DNA from: Eledone cirrhosa
Taxonomy: Eukaryota
DNA length: 64,000 bases
Assembly: GCA_964016885.1 (NCBI GenBank)
Contig: OZ024740.1
Coordinates: 260,214,001-260,278,000, forward strand
Direction: 5' to 3'
In this document: piece after piece, positions 1 through 14,894 of the stretch
How positions within the stretch are numbered: the first letter of the stretch is position 1
How the letters are laid out: the number at the start of each line of letters is the position of its first letter
Translations under genes and position numbers: made by a program
The notes under the pieces: model-generated
Seen by the model: the letters and a program-made list of their open reading frames with translations, nothing else
What the model was told of the DNA's origin: nothing
The model's database searches: none

Positions 1-264
1 AACCCACCTAACCCATCATCCTTACCTACCCAGAAAAGCTTATAGCTAAGATGTTTGCCTGCAACTAGTCTCGCAGAGGCACCTTTCCATCGCACCGCTT
101 GCATGCAGCACACATCCACATGCCTTCTCTCCAGCATCTCCACTATTTCACCATATCTACCTGTGAGAGTGCCAACATTAAGTGTTACAACTCTGAGATG
201 CGACGTCTTCATATTTTTGTTGTTCCTATATATTTGTTGCTGTGCTCATAATTGTTTTGGCATT

Positions 265-515
265 GATACACTGGTTGGATGCAAGGCATCAAAAATGTGG
301 CTGGCTTCATGGCACTGTATCTTGACGGCGACACATTGGCATTATATCTCGAAATGAACCAGTCAGACCAATTGAATGCAGAGAAGATAGAACAGCGCCT
401 TAAGAAAGCTTTCACTGAGGTATCTTATGCTGCTTTTGCCAAGCTAGGCAAAGTGAGATGGACAGATGGTGGGTGTGTTTATGGCAGAAATGTGGAAGTT
501 GGCTACGTTAACTGA
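265..515 (+). mobile_element. Degenerate gag-like fragment of a Ty3/Gypsy-type LTR retrotransposon
   Basis: Translation QGIKNVAGFMALYLDGDTLALYLEMNQSDQLNAEKIEQRLKKAFTE...AAFAKLGKVRWT resembles invertebrate Gypsy Gag N-termini (recognition from memory, no search); reading frame breaks downstream. Confidence 0.45.
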
Positions 516-1049
516 AATAACATGTAGAAGTTACCAAACCTAAAGTTCCTGTTTTTGTTTTGATCCATGGGTCACCAACTTTAAATGTCCTTGTGTTATT
601 TAGATCAGTGGATGATCATCATCATAATCCTCACCATTTAACGTCCATTTTCCATGCTAGCATGAGTGAGATGGGTTGTCACATTGAGACAATTCAGGTA
701 AGATGATTCATGTCTTGCTCATATGGATCTGTATTTTTGCTTGATTTCTACAGCTGGATGCCAACTACATTTACAGTATGGACTAGGTGCTTTTTATGGT
801 GGCACCAATTGACCATTTTACAGGTAGGACTGGGTGCTTTTTGCCATATCAGGGCATGACCACTTTACAGGGTTAACTGGCTTCTTTTTGTCATCTTAAT
901 GACTCGATCACTCTACAGGGTAGACTTAGTGCTTTTGATGTGGTAACAGAATTGTGGGAGATCAGATGTAATGTATGACCAGCTTTCATGCTTGTATGCA
1001 TGGGTTGGATAGATGAATATTAAATATCCTGTTGTTTTGACCATTTCAG

Positions 1050-1227
1050 AAGTGACTCAGAATCTGAGCTAAAGTTGATCCAGAAGATAGCAGTGGACAG
1101 TGGAGCGTTTGATGCTGTTATTTGCCATCATTGGGCTAAAGGTAGCAAAGGAGCCAAAGCACTGGCTACTTCAGTGATGTCCGCCACAGATGGCCAATGT
1201 GATTTTAAGTTCCTCTATGACTTGAAA
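1050..1227 (+). CDS. MTHFD1: Formyltetrahydrofolate synthetase (C1-THF synthase type) internal coding exon
   Basis: Acceptor tttcag ends at 1049, donor gtaggt at 1228. Encodes SDSESELKLIQKIAVDSGAFDAVICHHWAKGSKGAKALATSVMSATDGQCDFKFLYDLK, matching the FTHFS segment GAFDAV.C.HWA.GGKGA...F..LYDLK. MTHFD1 versus MTHFD1L cannot be resolved from these exons. Confidence 0.93.
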
Positions 1228-1744
1228 GTAGGTTTCCTTTTCTCGATCCCTAAAACAGATTACCTTCTTCTTTTTCTTTTTCTTTTTCCTTTTCTTCTTC
1301 TTTTTCTTCTTTTTCTTCTTTTTCTTCTTTTTCTTCTTCTTTTTCTTCTTTTTTTTCTTCTTCTTGATATTTAAAATATTACTTTTAAAAGAGATAAAAC
1401 TATTGTTTTTTGTTATTGTGTAGCTCTATGTCGACACTCCAGCTGTAACCATCCCATCTTGTTGTTTAGCCCGAGGTCAACCAATGGTTGAAAAGTTTTA
1501 TGATCAAAGACATTCCAGCTGACATTTCCAGGTCACCACTGGTTGAGTAGATCTATGATCAGTGACATTCCAACAGTGATATAGTCTATGACAAGGCTGA
1601 CCCTTTAAATTGTGGTAAATGACACTTGCCCGAGGTATCACGTTGTAGCATTGAACATTTGGAACAAAATGGTTTTGAAGCAAACTGTAGACCATTCAGT
1701 CTATCTTCCTCACTGACCTGTACAAAATGTTTGTCTTCTTTTAG

Positions 1745-1852
1745 TTACCAATTGAAGAGAAAATCCGGACAATTGCCCAAAAAATCTACGGAGCAGATGA
1801 TATTGAAATCTCAGCTGAGGCACAGGAGTGTATCAATCGCTATAAGGCACAG
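1745..1852 (+). CDS. MTHFD1: FTHFS coding exon (108 bp, phase 0-0)
   Basis: Polypyrimidine tract plus ttag acceptor, gtaaat donor at 1853. Encodes [36 protein letters not shown], in frame with the previous exon. Confidence 0.95.
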
Positions 1853-1857
1853 GTAAA

Positions 1858-1895
<38 letters not shown>

Positions 1896-1900
1896 GGCAC

Positions 1901-1932
<32 letters not shown>

Positions 1933-1938
<6 letters not shown>

Positions 1939-2266
1939 AAGAAATTAAAAGATGGTTAAAAGAGTTCCATATATTTTATTATGCGCATTTCAAATACAAA
2001 ATCATCCTGGGACAAAAATTGTGTTCTCATCAGATAAAATGAGGTAACATGATATGAAGCATAATAGCACTTGTTTACAGGAATGATGAGAACACAATTT
2101 TTGTCCCAGGATGATTTTGTATTCGAAATGTGCATAATAAAATATATGGAACTCTTTTAACCATCTTTTAATTTCTTCTTTATTATATATACTCCAGTTC
2201 TACCAACTGTTGAGTGCTACTTATCTAATATATGCATAGTTTTATTGTTCTACAATATTACTCACC

Positions 2267-2270
<4 letters not shown>
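1933..2270. mobile_element. Fold-back cassette (about 100-bp inverted arms plus unique tail) between (TA)n tracts; Penelope-like pLTR remnant
   Basis: 1933-2032 is the reverse complement of 2084-2183 with 3-4 mismatches; (TA)n on both sides; the arms carry a hammerhead motif. Confidence 0.7.
1973..2040 (-). ncRNA. Type-I hammerhead ribozyme with minimal palindromic stem III
   Basis: Minus strand reads AUUUUAU-CUGAUGA-GAACACAA...UUGUAUUU-GAAA-UGCGCA-UA-AUAAAAU: 7-bp stem I, full core, AUA cleavage triplet. Confidence 0.8.
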
Positions 2271-2307
<37 letters not shown>

Positions 2308-3432
2308 GAAAGAGTCAATGTGACTGCTTGTGATGGTATGACCTTGCTTACTGGTCAATGGGACTTCTTGTGCTGGTCAGTGTCATACCTTGTGATAGTC
2401 AGCAAGACCGTGTGATAGTTAATGTGTCCTGTTGTGCTGGTCAAGGTAACCTTTTGTGTTGGAAGGTGGACAGTTTTTATGACCAGACTTGTGCAAAGCT
2501 AATGACATGCCCAGATCAGACTATGTAGGACCCAATGCTTGTTATTTATCCAGACCAGATGTGAAATCTAGCCCCTGTTTTAAAATGCTTGTTAGGTACT
2601 TTAGTAATGTATGGGTTATGTAGGGCTTTGTAAAGCCATAGTGAAGGCAACTTGTCTAGGAGAGTAGACACTCCAAATAAAAACTGATACAGAGTGGAGA
2701 GGACTTTTGAGTTCAGTAAGACAACCTCTCTAGTGCCGGTGGCACAAATAATGCACCCTGTCCCTGCTGTAAAGTGGTTGGTGATAGGAAGGGCAGCCAA
2801 CCAGAAAAAAACTTGCTAAAAATATGACAAGCACATAACAAGCATATGTACATAGTGTATAAGACATATTTAGAAGTTACAGGAATGAATAAAAGAACTA
2901 AAACTTGAGGGGAGTATACCCCTACCTCAAAACTATAGGCCCATGTCAACTGGCGCATGACCCTGATTGAGTCTCTGTGATAGTTGATAGAATTGTCTGT
3001 TTAGTCCTCATTGGCTATCAAGAGGTTAGTTGTATGAAAACATCTTCCTCACAGTACATCTGACCCAAATATCTGACATAACTTTCAAATAAGGCAGCTA
3101 GAGAGGTGGAGGGAGGTAGTTTCATACAGTTCTTCACTTTACTCTATATGGTATCACACCCTCTCTCGTGCCCTCTCTCCATCTCTCTCCCCCAATCTCT
3201 CTTTTTCTGTCTCCCCATCTCTCTCTCTCTATCTCTCTTTCCCCATCTCTCTTTCTCTCTCTCCACATCTCTCTCCCCATCTCTCTCTCTTTCTCTCTCA
3301 CTTTCAACTGGAAACTGCTATATATTATTAAGGGTGAGGCTGGGTGGACAATATTCTCCTCCTCCCCACAGACAGGTTTATGTGTGTGTTTGTAGTTTGT
3401 ACAAAGCTGTGAGGTTATGTGTGTGTATAAGT

Positions 3433-3666
3433 TTAACCCTTTAGTTACCAACCCTGCCAAATCCAGCTCTGGTTCTATGAAACAAAACCACCCATTTTAA
3501 AGGTTTCCAATTAAAATCTTCCAGCATGATTTTATATAAGAACCTTACATTAAGTTACTATCTGAGTAATGAAATAGTTAATAAGTTTAGTAAATCCATC
3601 AAAATTCATCATTACTTAATTAAAATAGAGTGTATTTCATTAGAAATGTGGTCATGAAAGAGTTAA
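3433..3666. mobile_element. TTAA-flanked MITE-like element (piggyBac-like ends); related copies at about 26600-26849 and 27972-28477
   Basis: Begins ttaaccctttagttacc and ends ggtcatgaaagagttaa (imperfect TIRs inside TTAA); internal sequence is similar among the copies. Confidence 0.5.
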
Positions 3667-5121
3667 GGTGTGTGTGTTGTTAGTCTGTACAGAGCTGTTA
3701 GTGCGTGTGTTTCTGACCGTCAAGAGCCATAGGGACCTTGGAGTGAATGTGAGCACACATGTGTGACTGGACGAAGTAGGGGTGACAGTGGGTAGGGGTA
3801 TAGAAGTAATCGCGAGTGTATGTGTGCATGGGGAGACATATATTTTACCATATGAGTGTGTACATGTGTTTATGTGTTTCTACTTATATATCTAACCAAA
3901 CTTTCTTCACCCATGCTGCTCAATCCCAATGTTTTGCATGCACATAAATACACATACACAGACATCCACATAGAGACTTTGTGTAAGTTACTTAATCCCT
4001 GGTATATATTTTACATGTTCAGTTAACCAGATGGGATCTTGTAATACACTTCCACTGATATTGATGTCACACACATACACACACATTAGGTGCAGACATG
4101 TACACACATATGTACACGCAAATACATATCATAGGCACATGCACATAATACACACACACACGTACACAGACACACATCCTCACATACATCAAATATGCTC
4201 ACATGTGCTCATGCACACACATATATGTACATACACACATGAACATACACAGGTATATATATATATATATAAACCCATGCTAGCATGGAAAATGGACGTT
4301 AAACGAAGATGATGATGATGATGATGATATAAACACACACACACACACACACACACGTGTGTGTGGCTTCTTCCAGAAGCCCCCTTCCATCCAGCCATAA
4401 AGTAAAAGTAAGGGCCCTTAATTCTTTATGCATTTGTAGGGGTGTCAAATTTAAAACCTGGCAGAGTCTCCATTCCTCTCTAGGTTGGGACATAGCTGAT
4501 TTCTTCCAGAGAGAGTAGAGGAGAAGGGAGAGAGGGGATTTTTTTTCTTAATGTTTGTATATTCTCTGACTCTTCCACCTTTCTCACTTCACCTCACCTT
4601 CAATGAATACTTTCTCTTCTTAGCTAATATGTTGGGCTTTAGTTGCAGCACATTGCTTTGTAGCACATTTTATATTATTTGTAAATAGTCGAAAGACCAA
4701 TTGTCTTGTCTTGCATCCATCTGTTACTATCTCATGTGCAATGGAGCCAGTTGTAGCAACCTCAAAGCACTGACTCAATGCATCTCCACTGATCAACTGA
4801 TGGAAGGGGACTGTCTTGTGTTTCCTCCATTTTTCTATTGTCTTCACCCACTTTTGTAACTTTGGTTTATGATGCTATATAATTAAAGATGGAATCCTAA
4901 AAGGGATGAAGGAATTAATCACAGTTAACTAAGGTACTCAATATGTTAATAGAATATAAGCCTATTTATTTAATATGTCATTCTTATGATTTCATATGAA
5001 TGAATCAGTTCTAATCTTGTAGAAGTCATTTCTATAAAATAAATATATACATACATATGTGTAAGTGTGTGTGTGTATATATATATATTATTGGAATTCT
5101 ATAAGAATCCAGCTTCTATAA

Positions 5122-5205
5122 TTTTCGGCAGAAGCAGGGGAGTGCGTGGCTCTGATGAACGCCAACCAGCATGAAACAGACTGTCAGCGTCTTCTTCGCC
5201 GAAAA
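5122..5205 (+). ncRNA. Type-I hammerhead ribozyme, sense to the host pre-mRNA
   Basis: GCU(5149-51)-CUGAUGA(5152-58)-ACGC caacca GCAU-GAAA(5173-76)-CAG a CUG-UC-AGC. GUC triplet; distal stem I UUUUCGGC/GCCGAAAA and GAAG/CUUC. Confidence 0.72.
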
Positions 5206-5327
5206 GAAGTGACATAGTCACTACTTTAAAACTGATAGTGCATGGTCTTCCAAATATTTTTAATTAAACATAGGTTATATTGCCAAATATACGATACCTA
5301 CATTCATATATATATATATATATATAC

Positions 5328-5517
5328 ACGAGGGTAATCCCAAAAGTAAGGTCTCCTTCCGAGGAAAACATGCGTAAAGATCGGCTGATCACTCTGGATG
5401 CTCTCTGCATTTTGGTTCCTGAGGTTTCCCAAAGCACCATCCACAGGATTTTAACGGAAAAGTTGCAATATCGGAAGTTACAATATCGAAAGGAGACCTT
5501 ACTTTTGGGATTGCCCT

Positions 5518-5520
<3 letters not shown>
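5328..5520 (+). mobile_element. Internally deleted Tc1/mariner derivative
   Basis: About 29-bp TIRs acgagggtaatcccaaaagtaaggtctcc / ggagaccttacttttgggattgcccttgt in (TA)n; the internal peptide EENMRKDRLITLDALCILVPEVSQSTIHRILTEKLQYRKL resembles the mariner HTH region preceding WVP. Confidence 0.75.
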
Positions 5521-5560
<40 letters not shown>

Positions 5561-5565
<5 letters not shown>

Positions 5566-5825
5566 AAAAAAAGGAAAAGAATGACTTCACTTGTAGTTCT
5601 AAACAATTTGATTTAATTTTATAATATTATAATATTATGAGTTAGATCTAGTAAGTTCCTTGTTAACTTCAGTGGGAAGATTTTTAAAGATTCCTGGTTA
5701 ACTTTCCACCGAAGTTAACAAAGAACTTACTAGATTTACCGACTCATAATATTATAATATAAAGTCATTCTTTTCCTTTTTTTCAAATATACCTAACTGT
5801 ACCAAGGATCTCACACATTTTCCAA
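5561..5825. repeat. Fold-back cassette between (TA)n tracts
   Basis: 5561-5587 pairs with 5762-5790 and 5622-5678 pairs with 5702-5760; a short unique tail follows. Confidence 0.7.
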
Positions 5826-6154
5826 TATATATATATATGTATATATATATATATCATCATCATCATCATCACCGTTTTACGTCCGTTCTTCCACGCTAGC
5901 ATGGGTTAGACGGGTTGTCCTGTTGTGGGCAGTGTCTGGTCGGCTGACCATGCCTTGCTCATACAGGAACTGATCTGGCTTGATTTCTACAGCTGGATGC
6001 CCTTCCTAACACCAACCTCATTTACAGTGAGTGCTGGGTGCTTTTTCATGGCGCCTACACGTCCACTTTACAGTGTGGGCTGGGTGCTTTTTTGCCGTGG
6101 CACCTCCACGACCACCTTGCGGTGGGGGGGGGGGGGGCATATTGTTTATATGCT

Positions 6155-9100
6155 TCAGCATGTACCCATGGGAGGTCGGGTACCCTGTATTACTGCGTGA
6201 CGCCAGAAGTCACGGTCGTGTGTCATTGACTTTGCGAGGTGTAGTTGGGTAAGGTCGGCTTTTATCACCTCATCCCAAGTCATCTTGGGTCTCCCCACTC
6301 CGCGGTTTCCATCAACTTCTAGTGCTCTGCACCTTTTTATGCAGCTGTCATCCTTCATACGCATCACATGCCCATACCAGCGTAACCGCCTCTCCTGCAC
6401 GCAGCATTTGATTCCTCTTATGCTCAGTCTCTCTCTCAATTCATTTATGCTTTGTCGTTCACGTATATTACTGTTACACATCCATCGGAGCATGCAGGCT
6501 TCGTTTCTCTCTAATCTACGTAGGTCTTCCACCTTCAGCGCCCAGGTCTCACTACCATGCAACATCGCTGTTCGGATACACGCATCATACAGTCTGCCTT
6601 TCATTCTGAGGGAGAAGCCTTTTGCAGCTAGCAGTGGTAGTAGTTCCCTAAACTTCTTCCATCCCGTTCTTACCCTAGTTATTGTACTTTCTGAGCACCC
6701 ACCTCCGTTGCTAATTCGGTCACCTAGGTAGCAGAAGCTGTCTACTGTTTCTACAGGGCCCTCCCAGAGATTGGTGGTACTTGTTTCCTGTGGCTGTTTG
6801 CTTGCTGTTTCAGCACAGCTGCTGCATGTGAATCCTACATTCTTAATTAAGCTTCCTGAGATCCCGCTACATCTCTTGTGTACCCATTGTTTGCATTTGG
6901 GGCAAAGAATGGAGTTCCTACCTACACCTTTCCTACATACTGAGCAAGGCCATTTCCCTGAGGGGATCTGGGTTCTGTTTTCTCGTCTACTTATAAGGAC
7001 CTTAGTCTTTGTCATGTTGACTTTGAGGCCCTTTCTCTCTAGTCCCTGCTTCCAGGTTTGGAATTTATTCTCTAGTTCTACCATAGATTCAGCTATGAGT
7101 GCGAGGTCATCAGCATACAGGAGTTCCCATGGGCATCCGGTCTTAAACTCCTCCGTTATTGCCTGCAGGACTATGATGAACAGGAGAGGGCTAAGAACAG
7201 AGCCCTGGTGGACCCCAACCTGTACGCTAAATTCCTCGCTATACTCATTGCCAATCCTAACTTTGCTGACTGCTCCCCTATACATGGCTTGTACCGCTTT
7301 CACAAGCCATTCATCTACTCCTAGTTTTCTAAGAGCCCACCAGATTACTGCACGTGGAACTCTGTCAAAGGCTTTCTCAAGGTCGACAAATGCCAAGTAG
7401 AGTGGCTTACTTTTAGCTAGGTACTTTTCCTGTAATTGCCTCACAAGGAAGAGCGCATCAGTGGTGCCTTTCCCTGGAACAAACCCAAATTGCATCTCGT
7501 CTATATTCACCCGGTCCCTAATCAGCTGTGCTATAACTCTTTCTGTTACTTTCATGACCTGGTCCATCAACTTTATACCTCTATAGTTTCCTCTATCTAG
7601 TGCATCGCCTTTACCTTTGTAGCAGTTGACAATGATGCTACTGCACCAATCTTTTGGTATGGCCCCCTCTAGTATTACCTGGTTAACGATACGTGTGGTT
7701 ATAGTGTGACCTACAGACCCAGATGCCTTCAGCATCTCGGCAGCTATACCCGATGGACCGGTTGCCTTCCCTATCTTCATATCTCTGATTGCCTTACTTA
7801 CTACGCTGCCGCTGACTTGTACTGCTGGTCCCTCTATAGGGTCTACGTGGGGTAGGGTCTCTTCTTCCCATGCATTCTCCTCATTTAGTAATCTATCATA
7901 ATGACTCTTCCATGCATCTTTCTTCTCAGCACTTGTGAGGGCAAGCTCACCTTTATCATTCCGGATACACTTCTCTCCAATGACATCACAACTATCTCTG
8001 ACACACTGCCTCGCAATCTTGAATACCTCCTGTTTCTGGTCCTCACGTTGTAAAACATGCTTGAATTTTCTATCCTCTGCTTCCCTCCTAGCTAAGTATA
8101 CTTGTCGCCTAGCTTCCCTCTTGGTCTCTATGTAATGTACCCTGCTCCCCCCGTTCTTCCATTCTTTCCATGCCTGTCTCTTGGCCTTGACTGCTTCATC
8201 TACCTTATTGTTCCACCACCAAGTCACTCTCCTCCTGCTTGAGGTCTTACTCCAGCCACAAACCTCATCCGTCGCCTCTAGTAAGTTATTTTTTAGGAAC
8301 TCCCAGTTCTCTTCTACGTTAAATGTCTCTATCTGTTCTTCTTTACTGTCGTAGGCGTTGAGTAAAATATCTTTAAATCTGTTACTGGTTGAGGGGACTT
8401 TCAGCTTCCAGATCTTTCTTCTCCAGGTTGGCCTCTGTTTCAGGGCTCGTCTAGTTCTGACCGTGAGGTCGCTGACAACTAAGCTATGTTGGGATGTACA
8501 TTCCTCACTAGGGAAGGCTTTTGTGTTTACGACCGTCCATCTGTCACGTCCTCTGATGAGGATAAAATCTAACTGACTAGAGTGCTCCCCTGATCTATAG
8601 GTGATCAGGTGGTTGTCGGGTTTTTTAAAGTTTGTGTTACATATCGACATGTCATTGGCGTCGCAGAATTCTAGAAGTCTGAATCCTTCCTCATTCCTTG
8701 TGCCAACTCCATGGCCTCCATGTACTCTATTGAAGCCGTCGCAGTGTTTACCTACGTGTCCGTTAAAATCTCCTGCAATGATTAGGAAGTCCTTGTCGTC
8801 TGTTAGAGCAGTAGTGTGTATTAGGGACTCGTAAAACCTATCCTTAAGTTCGTCTGGCAGCCCCGATTGGGGTGCGTAAGCTGATATTATTGTGGTAATT
8901 GTCTTATTCAGGACTAGTCTGAGTTTAATGATTCTTGCATTTACCCTGTACACTGAGATTACTTTATCTACCCACTTGTCAGCTAATAGTATACCTACAC
9001 CACCCATCCCATCGTCATTTCCCACCCAGAAAAATTTGTAGCACTGGCTTTTTCCTACAAGGACTCTAGCAGACCCTCCTCTCCATCTAGTCTCTTGCAC

Positions 9101-9274
9101 ACAGCATACATCAACTTCCTTTCGCTCTAGCATTTCTACGATTTCTCCTGCTCTTCCTTTCATTGAGCCTACATTGATGGTACCAACTCGGAGTTTTGGG
9201 CATTTGTCGACACTCGTAGGGGAGGGTCTCTGGGTTGGCGCTTCACGTGGGTGCTTGGTAGCTCGCAGATTCAT
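6155..9274 (-). CDS. Intact RTE ORF (1039 aa): APE endonuclease, reverse transcriptase, embedded PHD finger
   Basis: APE motifs GTINV, CVQETRW, SAYAPQ, AGDFNGHVG, SQLDFIL and QH. RT motifs NYRGIKL, QFGFVPG, FVDLEKAFDRV, GVHQGSVLSPLLF, YADD and FCYLG. RTE C-terminus RLRWYGHVMR...GRPK.TW. No stop codons. Confidence 0.96.
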   Translation of the reverse strand: MNLRATKHPREAPTQRPSPTSVDKCPKLRVGTINVGSMKGRAGEIVEMLERKEVDVCCVQETRWRGGSARVLVGKSQCYKFFWVGNDDGMGGVGILLADKWVDKVISVYRVNARIIKLRLVLNKTITTIISAYAPQSGLPDELKDRFYESLIHTTALTDDKDFLIIAGDFNGHVGKHCDGFNRVHGGHGVGTRNEEGFRLLEFCDANDMSICNTNFKKPDNHLITYRSGEHSSQLDFILIRGRDRWTVVNTKAFPSEECTSQHSLVVSDLTVRTRRALKQRPTWRRKIWKLKVPSTSNRFKDILLNAYDSKEEQIETFNVEENWEFLKNNLLEATDEVCGWSKTSSRRRVTWWWNNKVDEAVKAKRQAWKEWKNGGSRVHYIETKREARRQVYLARREAEDRKFKHVLQREDQKQEVFKIARQCVRDSCDVIGEKCIRNDKGELALTSAEKKDAWKSHYDRLLNEENAWEEETLPHVDPIEGPAVQVSGSVVSKAIRDMKIGKATGPSGIAAEMLKASGSVGHTITTRIVNQVILEGAIPKDWCSSIIVNCYKGKGDALDRGNYRGIKLMDQVMKVTERVIAQLIRDRVNIDEMQFGFVPGKGTTDALFLVRQLQEKYLAKSKPLYLAFVDLEKAFDRVPRAVIWWALRKLGVDEWLVKAVQAMYRGAVSKVRIGNEYSEEFSVQVGVHQGSVLSPLLFIIVLQAITEEFKTGCPWELLYADDLALIAESMVELENKFQTWKQGLERKGLKVNMTKTKVLISRRENRTQIPSGKWPCSVCRKGVGRNSILCPKCKQWVHKRCSGISGSLIKNVGFTCSSCAETASKQPQETSTTNLWEGPVETVDSFCYLGDRISNGGGCSESTITRVRTGWKKFRELLPLLAAKGFSLRMKGRLYDACIRTAMLHGSETWALKVEDLRRLERNEACMLRWMCNSNIRERQSINELRERLSIRGIKCCVQERRLRWYGHVMRMKDDSCIKRCRALEVDGNRGVGRPKMTWDEVIKADLTQLHLAKSMTHDRDFWRHAVIQGTRPPMGTC

Positions 9275-9518
9275 ATTTCATCTATTGATTCAGAGTTGCT
9301 CGTGTATTCCCAGCTCATCCATCCCTAACGGTGGGAAAATTGAGGGCTAGAAGGACAGTGGTGGTGGGGTAATGGCAGGGTGTGTTGGGATGCGCCAGAG
9401 GAGGAGAGAGTTAGTTAGGCAGGTAGTAGCAGCAGCAGCAGTGGAAATGGCATGCTAGGTTTGATTGGTCGAATAGACTATGGTGGTGTGTGGGGGTGGG
9501 GGGGAGGGAAATTGTGCG

Positions 9519-13487
<3,969 letters not shown>

Positions 13488-13679
13488 GAGGGATGCTGTA
13501 CTGGAAAAGACCAGGCCATCCCATGCAAACATGGAAAAAGTACATATGATGATGATGATGTGTGTGTGTGTTTATAAAACTATAGTAACTAACAAAGGCT
13601 ATGAATATCTCTGTTCGTTGTTTATCTTTATATATCTACTCAAAAATATTTGGAGATATGAATGATACCCAATATTACA

Positions 13680-13894
13680 TATCTCCTTAACCAAATATCT
13701 GTATATCTCCTTAACCACATATCTGTATATACCTTCTCCTTAACACTACCACCACCATATATACATATATATGTATTCTCTCCTTTATCACATATCTGTA
13801 TATACCCTCTCCTTAACACTACCACCACTATATATATATATATCCTCTCCTTAACCACATATCTGTATATACCTTCTCCTTAACACCACCACCA

Positions 13895-13897
<3 letters not shown>
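13680..13897. repeat. Degenerate minisatellite of about 30 bp (tctccttaaccacatatctgtatata)
   Basis: Several tandem imperfect copies; the repeat resumes at about 14820 after the RTE insertion. Confidence 0.7.
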
Positions 13898-13943
<46 letters not shown>

Positions 13944-13946
<3 letters not shown>

Positions 13947-14808
13947 AAAAAGTTCAGAGAGCTTATACCGCTGTTGGCCACAAAAGGTTTCTCTCTAAAA
14001 ATGAAAGGCAGATTGTATGATGCCTGTATATGAACAGCAAGGCTACATGGCAGTGAGACTTGGGCATTGCATGCAGAGGACCTGCGTAGACTGGAAAGGA
14101 ACGAAGCATGCATGCTCCGTTGGATGTGTAATAGTAATATACATGAACGGCAAAGCATAAATGAACTAAGTGAGAAATTAGGAATAAGAGGGATCAGATG
14201 CTGTTTACTTGAGAGAAGACTACGTTGGTATGGTCATGTGATGCGCATGAAAGATGACAGCTGTATAAAAAAGTGCAGGGCGATCAAAATTGATGGTAGT
14301 TACGGAGTAGGTAGACCCAGAAAAACCTGGGATGATCTGATAAATTCCGACCTCACACACTTACACCTCTCTAAGACAATGTCTCTGGACCGAGACCTTT
14401 GGCGCTACGCAGTAATACAGAAGACCCGCCTTGCCTATGTACAAAGCAAAACCTACAGTCAGTAGGCACCTCTTAACCAAATATACACTCCAATCTACTA
14501 CCCCCACCCTATCCTCCCATCTCACCAACAGCACGAGAAAATGAGATTGAGTTCGTGTAGGTGTCACGACAAAAAACGCACACACAGTCCACGCTGTAAT
14601 GTGGCCGTGTAGGTAACATGGTAAAAAGTTCCCAGTTCCACACTGTAAATGTGGTTGGTGTTAGGAAGGGCATCCAGCCGTAGAAAACCTGCCAGATAGT
14701 CCTATATGAGCGAGACACGGTCACCCGACCAACCTTGCCTCAAATGGGACAACTCCCGTCTAACCCATGCTAGCGTGGAAAACGGACGTTAAACGAAGAT
14801 GATGATGA
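13944..14808 (+). mobile_element. 5'-truncated RTE LINE copy
   Basis: WKKFRELIPLLATKG...RLRWYGHVMRMKDD...GRPRKTW with an internal stop; 3' UTR and (GAT)n tail; starts at (TA)n. Confidence 0.9.
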
Positions 14809-14894
14809 TATAAATATATGTATTCTCTCCTTAACTACATATCTGTATATCTATACATAACATCACCACTACCACCATATACATAGATATATAT

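Noticed and set aside
1075-1374. 99-aa ORF with hydrophobic tail as a membrane protein
   Set aside because: It is the FTHFS exon read through the donor into a CTT/T-rich intronic repeat.
6285-8834. Plus-strand ORFs overlapping the RTE
   Set aside because: Antisense shadows of the RTE ORF with no independent motifs.
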